The notes under the pieces were generated by a model. It saw only the letters and a list, made by a program, of their open reading frames with translations, was not told the origin of the DNA and ran no database searches. A DNA stretch of 64,000 nt from Sphaerodactylus townsendi. Its lineage: Eukaryota. The translations under genes were made by a program, and so were the position numbers. Positions 1-13,292 of this stretch are shown here, in pieces; within the stretch, counting starts at the first letter, position 1; each line of letters starts with the position of its first letter. The stretch covers positions 58,962,001 to 59,026,000 of the forward strand of contig NC_059433.1 of the NCBI RefSeq assembly GCF_021028975.2. The letters are read 5' to 3'.

Positions 1-40
1 AATGCTGGCGGAAACTGTGCATTCTGTAAAAAGGAACAGT

Positions 41-120
41 GCGATTCTAAGGATAGTTACACCCTTTTAAGTCCACTTACTTTAACAGATTCAGAAGAGT
101 GTAACTCTCTTTAGGACTGC
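41..120. repeat. Short palindromic dispersed repeat (~80 bp, MITE-like)
   Basis: Imperfect inverted repeat (ctaagga..agttacac..aagtcc / gtgtaact..ttagga). Related copies near 39301-39385 and 43520-43603. Confidence 0.5.
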
Positions 121-742
121 ACTACAGATCACCAGGAAGCTGGTGAGTGGCTTGCTCAAACCATATCCTAGGATGTGTCATCAGGAACTAGACAGGTATG
201 CCCTGCTCTGATTATAAAACCTGCCCCTTAGGCAGAGGCTGCCAAGAGACAGCAGGTGAATAATATAATAATCAATATAATTAATTCTCAAAATGGCCTG
301 TAAATACTTCTGTCTGTAGATACTGCAGATACTTAAATCTGGAGCCAGGAGCCACGAACAGACAAGTCAGATATTTTTTACAAACTTGAACAAAGCTCCA
401 GATTTGTAAAAAAATCTAAAACCCAAAAAACAAACGAAAAAAACTCATCAATTTGGGGGAGGGGTTAAAACTCTCAAAATAACATAAGATCCTGTAGCTT
501 TAAGAAATGAATGCCCTCAGGTAGCCATTGATAGCCAATCAGACAGTATTACCAACAGGTTCCAGCCTTGGATTCTGTCAGAAAAAAAGCAGGAGGGAAC
601 AGTGCTGTTTCAAGCAGTGCCCTGTTTGAGAGAGGAGCCATCAGGGCCATGCCCAGTAGTAACCTTGGAGTGACTTGATACAACACAAATTAAATGACTC
701 ACCCAAGACCGGATGCTTGTTACTATTCAGCAGCTACCCTCC

Positions 743-1025
743 CAAACCAAGTGTGGTGTAGTGGAGAATGTCAGACTAGAACCGTGGTGGCAAACCTTTG
801 GCACTCCAGATGTTATGGACTACAATTCCCATCAGCCCCTTCCAACATGGCCAATTGGAAGATCCAAGTCAAATTATCACTGCCATGGAAGCTCACTAGG
901 TTGTCTTGACCAGTTACACATTCTCCGCCTAACTGATCTCATAGGGATAAAACCGAGGATAGGAGAATGATGTAAGCAACTTTGAATCCCCATTGTAGAG
1001 AAAGGGTATAAATGAAATAATAAAT
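743..1025 (+). mobile_element. Old Squam3/Ther1-like SINE interrupted by a hAT-MITE half
   Basis: tRNA-like head gtgtggtgtagtgg; insert ggcaaacc..ggactacaattcccatcagcccc at ~780-860; tail gggtataaatgaaataataaat. Confidence 0.55.
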
Positions 1026-1599
1026 GTAACTGAGGATGCAAAGTAGGAAAAAGGAAAAGAAGCAGGGAAAGCTGAGGATCTGGGGTTGACAGGAGAGGGG
1101 AAAGAAAAAATACTGTGGGCAAGGTGAGGTGATCCCAACATAACCACTAGATGCCATAAAAGATTTGATCCCAGTCAAGTTATGGATCTGTCAATAGTAA
1201 TAGGAGTGCATTAAATTGGCAGGTTGATGGTAATGGTTCCTTGTGATACAGCAGAAAAAATAGCTCCTATTGGTGTATTTTCATAGAGATTTCTCAATTA
1301 TGTCTGGTGTTGAGTATGATTGAGATAATTAGTGAGGTAGAAGAGGTATGTATAGTCAATATATTACATTCTTAAGTAAAATTCGTGATTAATTTATTTT
1401 GACACAAGCTTGATCACTGAGAATGAGATCATTGCAGGTGTTAATTAAGACAGTCTGGTACAATGATTGTTCTAGATTCTGGTTGATTGTTTCTCCTCTA
1501 AAACCAAGAGGAAGCTTCTCTTATGCTATCACTGCTCAGACTTGGCTATCATATTTTTCATCATTATATTCTAAATGGAATTATGATGACAGTGCCCCT

Positions 1600-2645
1600 T
1601 GATTGTCCAGAATGACGGCCAGTCCTATGTTCACTTTATTAAGTGAACCTTAATAAAGGTCTCCATAGAAGGTCTTGATGGCATCCCAGCTGAATTTATT
1701 ATTAATAACATGGACTGTTGGGTGCCTCTTCTGGCTAACCTTTTTATCTGAGTGAATTCTACTGGTGTGATCCCCCCTGAATGGTGTTCCAGTACACCTG
1801 TTCCTATCTATACAGCTGGAGATATGGATAACCCTAAGAATTTTCAACCTATTAGTTTGTTATCAATAGTTGGTAAGATCTATGCAGCATTTTTACTGAT
1901 GGTAAACTCCAAGAACATTCTTTGATGGCCAACTCTAAGAACGTTGGCCCAGAAAAAGTAGGATTTTGTGAAGGTCATAGTACATTTGATCACTGTCATG
2001 TGTTATCCCACTTGATTAGTAAGTATGCCACCTCAAAGGTTTTTTTTATTTGCAGCTTTTTATTTACAGCTTGCATAGATCTTTCCTATGCATTTGACTC
2101 CACATCTAGAACCCAACTATGGGCTGAACTGAAACAAACCACAACTGAAAGGAGATTTTTGTGGATAATTAAAAATCATTATACTGATTCTTCACCAGAA
2201 GTGTGGTGTGATAGTGAGTGTTATTTAACTACCCCTTTTCCTGTTGTCTAGGAAGTTAGACAGGGCTGCCTTTTGGCTCTATCTCTAATTTATACCTGTC
2301 TGATTTGTCTGCTTTTTAAAATGATCCCTCTTTTCATGTGCCTAAATTACTGGATATTTCAGTTCCTCATTTCCCAAACCTAGGATGGTCTTCTTCATGC
2401 TTCATGCTTTGAAAAGTTTCCATACTTATGGATTGCATGGGGAATTATTTATAAATTTTACTAAAATGAAAATTATTAAGTTTGCTTCACGTTCTTCACC
2501 CCCCCCCCCCCCCCAAAAAAAAAAGACATGGATAATTAATGGTCAGATTTCTCAGGTTTCCTCATTTAGGTATCTCGGTATCTTATTTCATTTCACCTTG
2601 CAACTGTTTAATATGCAGATTTATGCACATTTGATTAAAGGTTAA
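1600..2645 (+). mobile_element. Degenerate non-LTR retrotransposon reverse transcriptase fragment
   Basis: Translates across stops and frameshifts as GLDGIPAEF..IPPEW..VPIY..GD.DNPKNFQPISLLSIVGKIY; GFCEGHSTFDHC; IDLSYAFDS; VRQGCLLA; FRYLGI. Confidence 0.9.
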
Positions 2646-2661
2646 TCAATCAACAAAGACT

Positions 2662-2880
2662 GAGTTGCCAACCCTGAGGGACTGAAAAATTCTTGGAGAT
2701 TTGGGGGTGGAGCCCAGGGAAGGCAGAGTTTGGAGAGGGAAGGAACCTCAGTGAAGTATAATGCCAGTTTTGCTCCTCTAAAGCAGCCATTTCCTCCACA
2801 GAAACTGATCTCTATTGTCTGGAGATCAGTTGTAATTCTGGTTGATCTCCAGGTCCCATGTGGAGCTTGGCAATTCTAGG
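2662..2880. mobile_element. Old hAT-like non-autonomous element
   Basis: Degenerate termini gagttgcca / tggcaattcta and internal palindrome actgatctc..gagatcagt. Confidence 0.5.
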
Positions 2881-4366
2881 GGACTACCAAAGCTGTTACA
2901 ACACCACAACTGCATATTCAGATCTTACTTTGTACCCACATTCTTGCACCATTCTAGTACTCAATCCTGAAACAAAGTTTTTAAAAATTGAAGAAAATGC
3001 CTGTGGCAAGATAAAGAGTACATTTTCCTCACCATTCAGTATCCTCATACATCAGGGGTATATGGGAAGGGCTTTCAGATCAGAGGATGAGATTTGAATG
3101 CAGAGTTAAGACAATTTAAAAATATCATTGGCTGTATTATATAAACTGACCCAAAGTGTAACAACTATGCCTGCGGACTACAGTGTAAATAAGCAGTATA
3201 GTGTAATGATGTGATTAAGTACCACTTTAAAGTAGTACAGTGTGATTATGCTTCTTTACAATAGCTAAGCTTATCCCTAGTAAAGCTTGGAAGCCAAGGC
3301 AGTTAAGCATTAACAGTAGGTAGACTTAAAGTACTTTCTATTAAGATAGACTCTAAGGTGATAAATGAGACTACACTGAATTACAACAGAACACCTGTTC
3401 TATGTTTAGCACACCTGGAAGAAGAGAAAGAGGAAGAAGAGAAATCATGTATTTGAACTTTTTCTGTTGACGTTTGTAAAACTATGTTTTCACCAGAAAT
3501 GTGACTTTTGTCCTCATTACAATGAAACAAATGAAAACCTGACCTCTTTTCATTGGGAGTCAAAAATTTACTACCTTTCCCTGGTACTTTCTGATACAGA
3601 ATTTAGAACCATTTAGGGTTACATCATGGCTATGTGGGTGAGGGAGCAAAACCCCAGTTCTGTGATTTTGTAGCTTCAGATCATAAGAAAAACCTATCTA
3701 AATGGTTCCCAACAAATCTGTGACTCAAATATATCAACCATTCTTCATTAGCTTAATAACATATTCATATCAATATTAATTTTGCAGCACTGAGCTTCTC
3801 TCCAAATAACTATTAAGAGCCACCTCAGAAGAAATCACAATAGCATAAGAAAGTGTATGCTTGGGGGCACTCTGCACTTTTAGCCCTTTAAGTCAACAAG
3901 GGCGGGTTGCAACTGACATATGCAGCCTCTGCTTGCCCTTTGTCATGTATGTGTTTCACCTCAAAAACTGTCAGTGACTTGTCAGAATCAATCAGAAAAT
4001 CTGATGCTGTTCAACAATGATGTATAAGACTGGACAGCACGACACCAAATTTCTGGTGGTGTGTGTCAAGAAACATATGAAAACAGATGTCCTCATTACT
4101 CTATTGCAGAGGCATGAAGGAGAACCAAAACTTTTCTGACCCACATTTGGCAACAAGTCCTGAATATGAGAAAGACAACAATATATTTTAAAGGTAAAAA
4201 AAGGTTTTACCAAATAAAAATAAACATTTCACAGAATGCTCAGTATATTATCATGCTATCTTATCTCACTTTCAGAGGTCAGGATGGAAATACAATATGA
4301 CCACCGTTAGTCGTCCAAAAAACATGTATTGCACTCCATTATCACCTCTCCATAGCTCACTGACTA

Positions 4367-4533
4367 NNNNNNNNNNNNNNNNNNNNNNNNNNNNNNNNNN
4401 NNNNNNNNNNNNNNNNNNNNNNNNNNNNNNNNNNNNNNNNNNNNNNNNNNNNNNNNNNNNNNNNNNNNNNNNNNNNNNNNNNNNNNNNNNNNNNNNNNNN
4501 NNNNNNNNNNNNNNNNNNNNNNNNNNNNNNNNN
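4367..4533. other. Assembly gap (167 N)
   Basis: Run of N. Confidence 1.
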
Positions 4534-5300
4534 ACATATCACAAGAATCATAGTGAGGAAATGGTGAGAAAGAAAGCTCAGTGGGAAAGCATGTGCTTCT
4601 CTTTGTGCAGCTGAAAACCCACATTGCTACATATGTTTTCTTGGAGTTGTACACTTCATTATGTGTTCCATGATCGCCACTGATTTAATACCATTGACAC
4701 TTTGCTGATCAGTTGGTCTCATTTTGACGGTGGCATGAATAAATGTCAGATGGTGGTGAGCCATCTCAATGTATGCCTCTTACTTTGAACTAGCAAATAG
4801 GAAGTGATTAGGTCACATGATGAAGCACTGTTCTCCAAAGGGCAAATTCTAGTATAAAGGTATAAAATACAGGAACAGAAGGATATAAATAATGTTGGCA
4901 TACATATGCAGGCACACACACATGCTTGAACATGAAAATTAGCCAACACATGAACACACAAAAGCATGTTCATCTTAATTAAAAAAAACTTACAAAAGAA
5001 AGACTTATGCGTGATGAAATGCACAGGAAGATACAGATCCTAAATGATACCAATTAAGTTTGGTTAATTTTATTCAATTTTCTTCATCCAGATGATAAGA
5101 GATGAAGTAATTTCATCCATTTCAAGAGATTAATATAGTCCATGATATCACACCACCCCCCAAATCCGTATTCAGGGCACACAATTGTTAGGTTCCTTAA
5201 ATCATAAAATAGGCAACAACTCTCAAACAGCATACAAAAACAACTGTTTTTGTGAGGCACCCTGCAGAACATGCTGACCTAGTAACTTTAACATGCACAC

Positions 5301-5710
5301 CAGAGGCGCAGCTAGACCAGAATGCGCCTGGTGCACACTCTGGCTTTTTCGCCCCTCATGCCCCCCACCCCAGCGCCCCCTTGTGGCACTCCACAGCACC
5401 TCCCTTGCTCCCCCCACGGCGCCCCCCCACGGCACCCCACCCTACTAACTTTTAGGGCCGGAGCAGGCCAGAGAAGAAGGCCGGAAGCCTGCCTGCATTG
5501 CCTGGGCCTGGTGGGAATTACATTTCCCAGGAGCCCCTGGGAAATGTAGTTCCCACCAGGCCAGGCAATGCAGGCAGACTTCCGGCCTGCTCCATTCCTA
5601 AAAGTAAGTGGGGGGTGCTGCGGGGGAGGGGGGATTTTTCCACCCCCCATGTGACTAAAAATGGTCGCACATACACCGTCCCCCTGGTGGCTTTTCCACT
5701 GATGCACACC
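5301..5710. mobile_element. GC-rich MITE with internal palindrome
   Basis: Begins cagaggcgcagc, like the cagtggcgtagc family at 53626 and 59689. Near-perfect hairpin at ~5490-5576. Confidence 0.55.
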
Positions 5711-7118
5711 TAGTAATTCCAACTCTGGATTCTCAAACACATGCTTCTTAGATCCTGTTCAAGTAGCTGATATTTCCAGTGACTTAAAGCTACCTTTGGT
5801 TATGTCAAACTAGGGTCATATAGACAGCAGGTAATCTTTTTTATTGAAACATGATTCTTTTAACATGCCAGATTTAACATGATGGATCTGCACAAGTTAC
5901 ACAGGGAACATGTGCAACATAATGTCTGCACAAAGATTTGGTTTTTTTAAAAAAAACTATGAGGTGAATTCAGCTGAAATTATACAATAACCACAGTGGT
6001 ATGTATCATGTGGTTATTTTATCTACTGTAGGAATCATTACATTAGCAGACGGGGAGGGGGTTTCCTGCAAAGCCCTTGCATGTTGTCATACAAGCAACT
6101 CCCGTTTTATCGAAACAACAATTTCTGTTTGCGTAGCTAGAACTAGATTGCGATTCTAGTTTTTAATTAACTTTTCATTTAATGTTGCAGTTAACAAAGG
6201 GTATTTTACAATAGGAAGGACTTACAACTGCACAAGGAGCATGTCATGTCTAGTGCTGCTGCTTGATAACTTCATTAATAGTGTACCATTTAGTTAGAGA
6301 GAAGGTCTGTTAGATGTTTTATTCAATACATGTTAGTAGCTGTCGATTTAAAAATCACTTTGGTTAAAAAGCATCCACAAATCACTTAAAAGATTATCTT
6401 AAAATATGTTTATATCTGTCCAGCTATATATAAATACATCTAAATATGTCTTGTCCATGGAGGCCCTACAATACATTTATAATATACATGCTGAACTTAC
6501 AAATAGAAAGTTTCGGACTTGTAAAAAACAAAAAGTTCCCCAAAATTTCCCAAAGAAGCATTTAGAGTACAGTCTGTCTAGAAAGCAGAGTCATTTGAAA
6601 ATAATTTGCATATCTAAAAGCTCTAGTCAGATTATATATTAAGACAGTAATGCCAGTAGCCACAGAGTTTTGCAAGTCAGGAATGAAGACTTGCCTCAAG
6701 GCATCCTGAAGTAAGGAAACGACTTGTGGAAATAAGACTTACAGCTGTGAAGTCATTTCAGTGTAGCCCAGAATTTTTCTCTATTTACAGAGCTATTTTT
6801 ATTACATCTAACATATAAGTGAGGATTGCAACAATATTCTCAAGCAGACTGCTAAACTGGCTGAGCCACTTGTCTAGTACATGCTTGCCATATCAAATGT
6901 ATGTAACAACAGCAAGCATACAGTAATACCAGTGAAAGAGGAAAGTGAGGTTCCTTGCATGTGCATCAGGACACTTCATTAGTCCCAGCAGTAGTAGCTG
7001 CTGCTGTACTGGCATTTCCCCTTGGCCTTGTACACAGCACTTTGAAACAGGGAAATAATCAAGTTGGGATGAAGAGTAGAAAAATAAGAGAGAAGAAACA
7101 TCTGTTAGAAACCAGGGC

Positions 7119-8307
7119 TTGGGCTGTAACCCTCAAGTTCTGGTTGCGTCTCTGTTTTTGTACAACCCTAATAGTTTATCCCAGCTGGAAATGTGGGAGC
7201 TCCACCTCTCAAAATGGTGGCTCCATACCGAAGCAAAAAAATGTTCCCTGAGTTTCTCATGGGAGTCCCTACATATGCTCACCACTACAGAGATTTATCA
7301 CCATCTCAAAATCAGACTATTTGACCAGGAATATCAATTTCTTCTGAGCAAAGCACAGAGCTCTTGCTCCCCATTATACTTTGGGATTATCCCCCAGAAA
7401 TCTCGCCCTGCTATCTACTTGGAACAACTTGTTAACTATAATCTCAGATGGGTCAGATATAATTCTTTTCCTTCAGCTAAACTTCAAGGTCGCTTTTTTA
7501 ATATCCCACTTACCATGCAATGTTGCCGGTTTTGCCCTCATATAGCTGATTCACTTTCTCATGTCTTGCTCTATTGCCCAAAATATAACATCAGAGTTGA
7601 TTTGGCTGTTCTACTACCAACAGGGTTTGCAATACTCTCAGATAAAACAAAAATGGCTAAGCTATTGAACAACCCTAATATTGAAATATCTGAAGCTGTA
7701 GCCACATTTTTAATGCGTGTTTTACATGATGTGAAATAGCGTTTTCCTTTTGTAATGTTGGCTGCTTCCGCACGGTTGCGCTGGGGGTTGGGTCGGTGTA
7801 CATGACACCGACCCAGCCCCCCCAGGACCGTTCACACGAACGGTCCCGGTAATGACAGGGAAGACAGTGCCGCGCTGCGCCATCGCCCGATCTACTTACC
7901 TTCCCTGCGACGTTCTGGCGCATCGCCCAGGCCAGGGGACATGCCCCCCTGGCAGGGGGGCATGTCCCCAGGCCTCGATGACATGGCAGAAGGTTGCAGG
8001 GAAGGTCAGTCAATCGGGAAAGGGGGGGATGCCTTCCAGCCGCTGCCATTCGCACAGCAGCAGCTGGAAGCCACCATTTCCCAAAAACCTCGCTCAGGGA
8101 GCGAGGTGGGAAAATGGCGGCTTTGCGCCGCTGTGGGGGAGCGAGGGCGGCGCGGCTGCGAAGCAGCTGCGCCCCCCATGAGAACAACTCCCTAGGGACA
8201 GCATTTTTGCCGTCCCTAGGGCGCTGTAAATGGCCCGTGCAGAAAGGGCCTGAGATACATTATGGTTTTTATGCCTAATAAAGGTTTTTGATTGATTGAT
8301 TGATTGA
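7119..8307 (+). mobile_element. 3' end of a non-LTR retrotransposon (ORF2 C-terminus, 3' UTR, (TTGA)n tail)
   Basis: ORF 7119-7739 contains a CxxC..H....C knuckle (CRFCPHIADSLSHVLLYC). AATAAA at 8277 followed by (TTGA)5. The 3' UTR is split by a MITE. Confidence 0.8.
7760..8250. mobile_element. Harbinger-like MITE nested in LINE 3' UTR
   Basis: Termini ggctgcttccgcacgg / ccgtgcagaaagggcc; CpG-rich; internal palindrome around 7935-7970. Confidence 0.65.
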
Positions 8308-11300
8308 CTTAAGAGACTCCAGGAATTATACCTGGAACATTATATAATATATGTAAAAAGGGTGTTGAATCCTATGGTCACTCCCTTGTTGAAACTGAAG
8401 CTTGAAGACTAGTCCCAGCTAATAATTCCCAAGCAAGTTTTCAGGAAAGGGGACAGGGACACACTTCACAACAGAGGTAATAATCAGCATTTATTTATTT
8501 GCCTATTCAGAAATTGTCATAGTACTGTGTGGGGGACCCAACTAATGAATAATAAAACTAGTAATAAACAAACAAACAAACAAACAAATAAAAACACATT
8601 TTTCCTATCAGGGATTCAAAACTTGTGCAATCTATACCTAGTCCCATAAATGCTAGAAACTGCTCTTAGACAAGTAGTGGGGATCAAATATCAAATTTTA
8701 AACACTCAGATAGGGCATGAATTCTATATTATATAACACCACAGGAGGATAATTAAAACCAACAAAGCAAGCTGAGATCTATCTCCTTCCAACCATTCCC
8801 ATGATCCTTCTGTATAACAGGTGGACAAGAGTACCTCAGTTCTTGCAATTACAGCACAACTGTGTCATCTGTCAGTCTTCCCACTCTCATATGTCTTTTT
8901 CCAACCTGAAGTGACCTCAAAAGAAAACTATCTGACTCATTATAGAAATCAACAGAGATAATTTTAGATTTTTGCAATGGGTCAAATAACTACAGAAGTC
9001 AAATCAGGCACAGTATGCAAGTCATGAGTTCCAACCCTCCTCCCACCTCATTCTTCACCTTTCAAACCTTCCCCCATCCCATCCCACCCCACCCCAACGC
9101 TCACCATTCCATTCTCCCACACTGCAAGCCTCATCTCTCCATACTCTGGCATCCCCAACTCTCACCTTTCCGCCCTCCCCCAATTCTGACCTTTCCGCCT
9201 TCCCCAACCCAACCTCTCCCACCCCCATGTTACAGACTCAAGACAAGGTAGGTGGCAAGTCTTGCATAGGAAGGGCAGCCACTACAGCCCCAGTAAAACC
9301 AATTGAAGGACAAAATGCTTCTTCCTCTACCCTTTTGCTAGGGTCCATTGAATCTCCCCTGCAATGACCTTTGCTGCTAGTATGTCAATAAAACAACTAC
9401 AATCTAAACACCTAAAAAGTATGAACCAGTAACACAAATGGCCCAATTCAGTTTTTTAAATCCCACTCCCTACTTCCAAAAAAAAAAAAGAGTACCTTCT
9501 TGGCAAAGAAATTCCAGAGCCTGTGGGCCACAGCATTGTTGAGAAGACCCACCCATTTGTGCACTATAACTTCATGGCGTGATGAAGAAGGCCAGCACCA
9601 ACTGATTTCACGTTATGGACAGGTGCATATAAATTATGGCATTTTCTTAGCATATATGCCCACACAACAGCATACTTTAAATAGCTGAACTGTAAACTTT
9701 TCAAAAAGCAGCAGTTTTGAATTATTTAATCTTGTGAGCTCCCATGCAAATGACTGGACAAAGGATACTAAGGAGACAATTACATTTCAGTTTCTTCCTT
9801 TACCACCACTCTGAGCTAGCCACACTGGCATTTTATTAACATCATTCTAAGCAAATTACACTGTTGTTAGCCTATTAACTTCAATAGTCTTAGAAGGGTG
9901 CATTCTACTCGGGATGAGACTATATGGCTACCAGAGATCTACAGAGAAGATGTACAGTGCCTCTAAGGCAAAACATTGTCCAGTGCAATTATGTGGAGTC
10001 ATGATGGAATATTAAAAAAAAACCCATACTTTTGTTACCAATTCAAAGAGGAAGCAACATCATCAGAGAATTAATTCCCAGAAATAAAAATCCCAAATTC
10101 TTCAATACACATGGAACATTTTAACTGCACTTATATTCACCTTCTTGTCTTTTGTGATCTATTCAATCCAAGTGACAAGCAAAGTCAGCCAGTTCAGGCA
10201 CTGCAGCTTTCACTGAATCAACCTCATCTGTCATTGAAAAAGTAGGTTAGCCTTATGATTTCTTAACTGCAATCAAAGCAAATCCAGTTTCCTGATGTGT
10301 CTCTGCACTTGCTGACACTTGCCCATGCTATTATTGAGCCTGCTTTACTTATTCTGCCCCCAAATCCTAAACAGCCTTGTAATGGCTCCATTGTTCATTT
10401 TTGTATTTACCTCATTAAGATCCTGTCAAGGACAAAACTATTTTAACTTGCCCCAACATGTTTCTGATAAAATCAACAGTGCAACAGACGTGCACAATGA
10501 AGTTAATAGTCTGTCAAGACATTAGCAATGTTGATTCCTGAAGAGAAGTCGAGAATTTTAAAAGGCAAAATGGTGTTTATCAGATAGGACAGATTGCTGC
10601 TAGTCTGACCAACTTAGTTTGCGTGACAGAGCTATGAGCTGCCTTTGGGTTCACAAGTCCTTCAAAACCAAAGATTCATGCTAATGGAAAGCCTTTCAGC
10701 AGAAAGCATACAACAATTGGAGTTAAAGTTTTATTTATTGGCTTTGACCATCTACTTCTGTTATCAACCATAAGGGCCCGCACACTTCATCAACTCTCAA
10801 CAATAGCCGCAAGCTTGGACAATCTGTCTTGTGTCTTCATTGGGGTAAAACTTCAATGGAGCAACATCGATTAAAGAGCAACCCACGCATAAAATGGTAA
10901 CTCATTAAAACAGACTTTTTCAAAAGGGAAAACCCCTTTTCCCATTGAATTTGACTCTTTTTTTATTTCAGCAATGAAAGGACCATTACCCAGCTATACA
11001 TTCATGTGTTCTTGGCTTAAGTACTTTGTATTTGACTTAAAACTTTGGTTCCTTCCCATGTCTTTTTGAAGCTTTAGAAACATAATAGGAATTCAGTTCT
11101 TACTGGATACAAAGATCTGTGAACCTTATAACAACAACTCCTGTTCCTTTTATGTTTATCATTTCAATTACAACTCTTTCATATAGTTGAATGAGGCATG
11201 AACATTTTGGCTCTTTTCACATATATCTGTAAAGGGTTTAAATCCTTTTAAATGGACGCTTTCTAAATAATAAGGAAACAAAACATTATACAGGTGTAGT

Positions 11301-11879
11301 CATTTACATTGTATTTGGAAGACTGCATAAGCAGTAGATGTCAAGAGAGCTTTTCTAAATGTTTATATGCAAACTGACTTGCAGCTTACTGCTTGAAAAC
11401 CTCACCTTGAACTTATTATGAGGGCAATAAAAATATAAAAACCACACTTGGTAACCTGTGCTGTATGGAAACTTTGGTTTAAAACACAGCATGCCTGTAA
11501 GTGCAATCTACAACGTGTGATCAAAACTAAGTAATAATATTCCAAATGCCTAGAAAGTAGAAGATTGAACACTAAATGAAATGAACTATATTCTCAGTTA
11601 CATACATATCCTGAATGTCAAGGGAAATTTGCTCAACACACTGCAGCTACAAAGAAATATCTACAGCTACTGAACGTCCTACCAGTGGGGAAAAATACAT
11701 TCAAAAACATCATCTAAAAATTCATTTTATCATTCCTTCAAACCTTTTAAGTACACAGAAAAAAACTAGTAATATCATAACATTTTATTTTTAAAAACAT
11801 TCATTTGCTCATCCTATGTGTAAACACAAACTCAGTGTATGCATATTTTAGTCTAGGAAATAAATTAATTGTATAAATA

Positions 11880-12075
11880 AGTGTTGTCAAGTAAAGTCAC
11901 ACCCACCTTATGGCAACCCCTCATAGGGTTGTCAAGGCAAGAAATGAGCAGAAGGGGAGGGTCATTGCTTCCTTTGTGTACCAGTCCTGGTCTTCCTCAG
12001 TGGTCTTCCAACTATTCACTACAATCAACCCTGCTAAACTTCCAAGCTCTGATGAGGTCTAATCTGACTCATATA
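11880..12075 (-). mobile_element. 5S rRNA-derived SINE with RTE/BovB-like tail (degenerate)
   Basis: Contains a degenerate reverse complement of 5S rRNA (accctgctaaacttccaagctctgatgagg) and a tail cttatggcaacccc..tcaaggcaaga. Relative at 48720-48860. Confidence 0.55.
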
Positions 12076-12175
12076 AAAATACAGAAAAACACTTTCAGTA
12101 CTAACGTTCGCTAGCTAATCGCGTATAACTTCTATTGACTTTAATAATGAAATGCAAAGTTGATTATTACAATAA

Positions 12176-12449
12176 CAGAGTGGTGCCGTGGTTATGAGCG
12201 GTAGACTCTGGAGAACTGAGTTTGATTTTCCACTCCTCCACATGAGGGACAGCCTCTAATTTGGTGAACTGGCTTCGTTTCTGCACTCCCCCTGCTGTGT
12301 GACATTGGACTAGCCACAGTTCTCGCAGAATTTTCTGAGCCTCACCTATTTTACAAGGTGCTTGTTGCGGAGAGGGGAAGGGAAGGTGATTGTAAGTCAT
12401 TTTGAGACCCCTTAAAGGTACAGAAGAGCAGGGTATAAAACCAACTCTT
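12176..12449 (+). mobile_element. Squam3-type SINE
   Basis: tRNA-like head, gtttgatt box B, ctcacctattttacaagg core, gggtataaaaccaactctt tail. Confidence 0.8.
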
Positions 12450-13200
12450 CGCAGTTTGGCTATTGTGCAATCTCGCAAATACAACAGATGTGCGGAGTCC
12501 GCTTTCCTCATTAACCACACGTATACACTTATATTCGTTGGAATAGAAATGGCCACAGCCTGGTTTATTAACAATAACACATAACTCTTTTTGGAAGCTG
12601 GGGAGCATACCGGGGCACATCCTGGCCACCAGGCAGCGCACCGCTGAACCTGGTCACGGTCAGCTCAACAGCTGACCCCTGGCCCTTCGGGCAGCCCACT
12701 GCTGAACCCGGCACCGTCCCCCCATGGGGACCAGGACAGGAGGTTACTAGATGCCACTTGGGCGCCTACCCATTTGTGACACCCCCTCCTGCCGGGGTAG
12801 CGAGCTTGAGACAGGGGTTCCAGGCCTGCACCCTCAAGCCCTCCACTACCCCAAACCTCTTATTGAGGTCCCCACTGTGGGAAGGTCTGGCATGCAAGCC
12901 TGCCTCCCCCAAAGGATGTGCCCCTATGCCCTGAAAAACCACCCAGACTGCGACAAATGTCTAACAATAAATAACATTCAACAAAACAACAGCCCAAAAC
13001 AGGGAGGGTGGGTGGGTTCCGCTTGCAGGAAGACTTGTGAGGAGGCTAGGCTGAGCCGGGCGATGGCTTAAATAGCCTGCCCGGCTTCCTCGTCACGTGA
13101 CAGTTCCCCCATCACTTGACCATCCAACCGGCAGAGCAGGGAAGGTGAGCCAACCGCTCCCTCCTCCCCTGCTGCAACGGCGCCCTGGGTGAATCCTGGG
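12450..13200 (-). mobile_element. LTR-like / DIRS-Ngaro-like terminal unit
   Basis: Minus strand shows TATTTAAG (~13070), cccacccaccctccc, a GT-rich tract, then AATAAA (~12565). CpGs are retained. No coding remnant seen. Confidence 0.4.
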
Positions 13201-13292
13201 TGCGCTTTTTAAAGTCTGTGGCAGGGGTGATGCTTACCAACATTTTTTCTGGTACCCAGATGGGACCAAGTAAAACATTTTCCCAGCCAGAC

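Noticed and set aside
4297-4654. ORFs spanning X residues
   Set aside because: Artefacts of the assembly gap.
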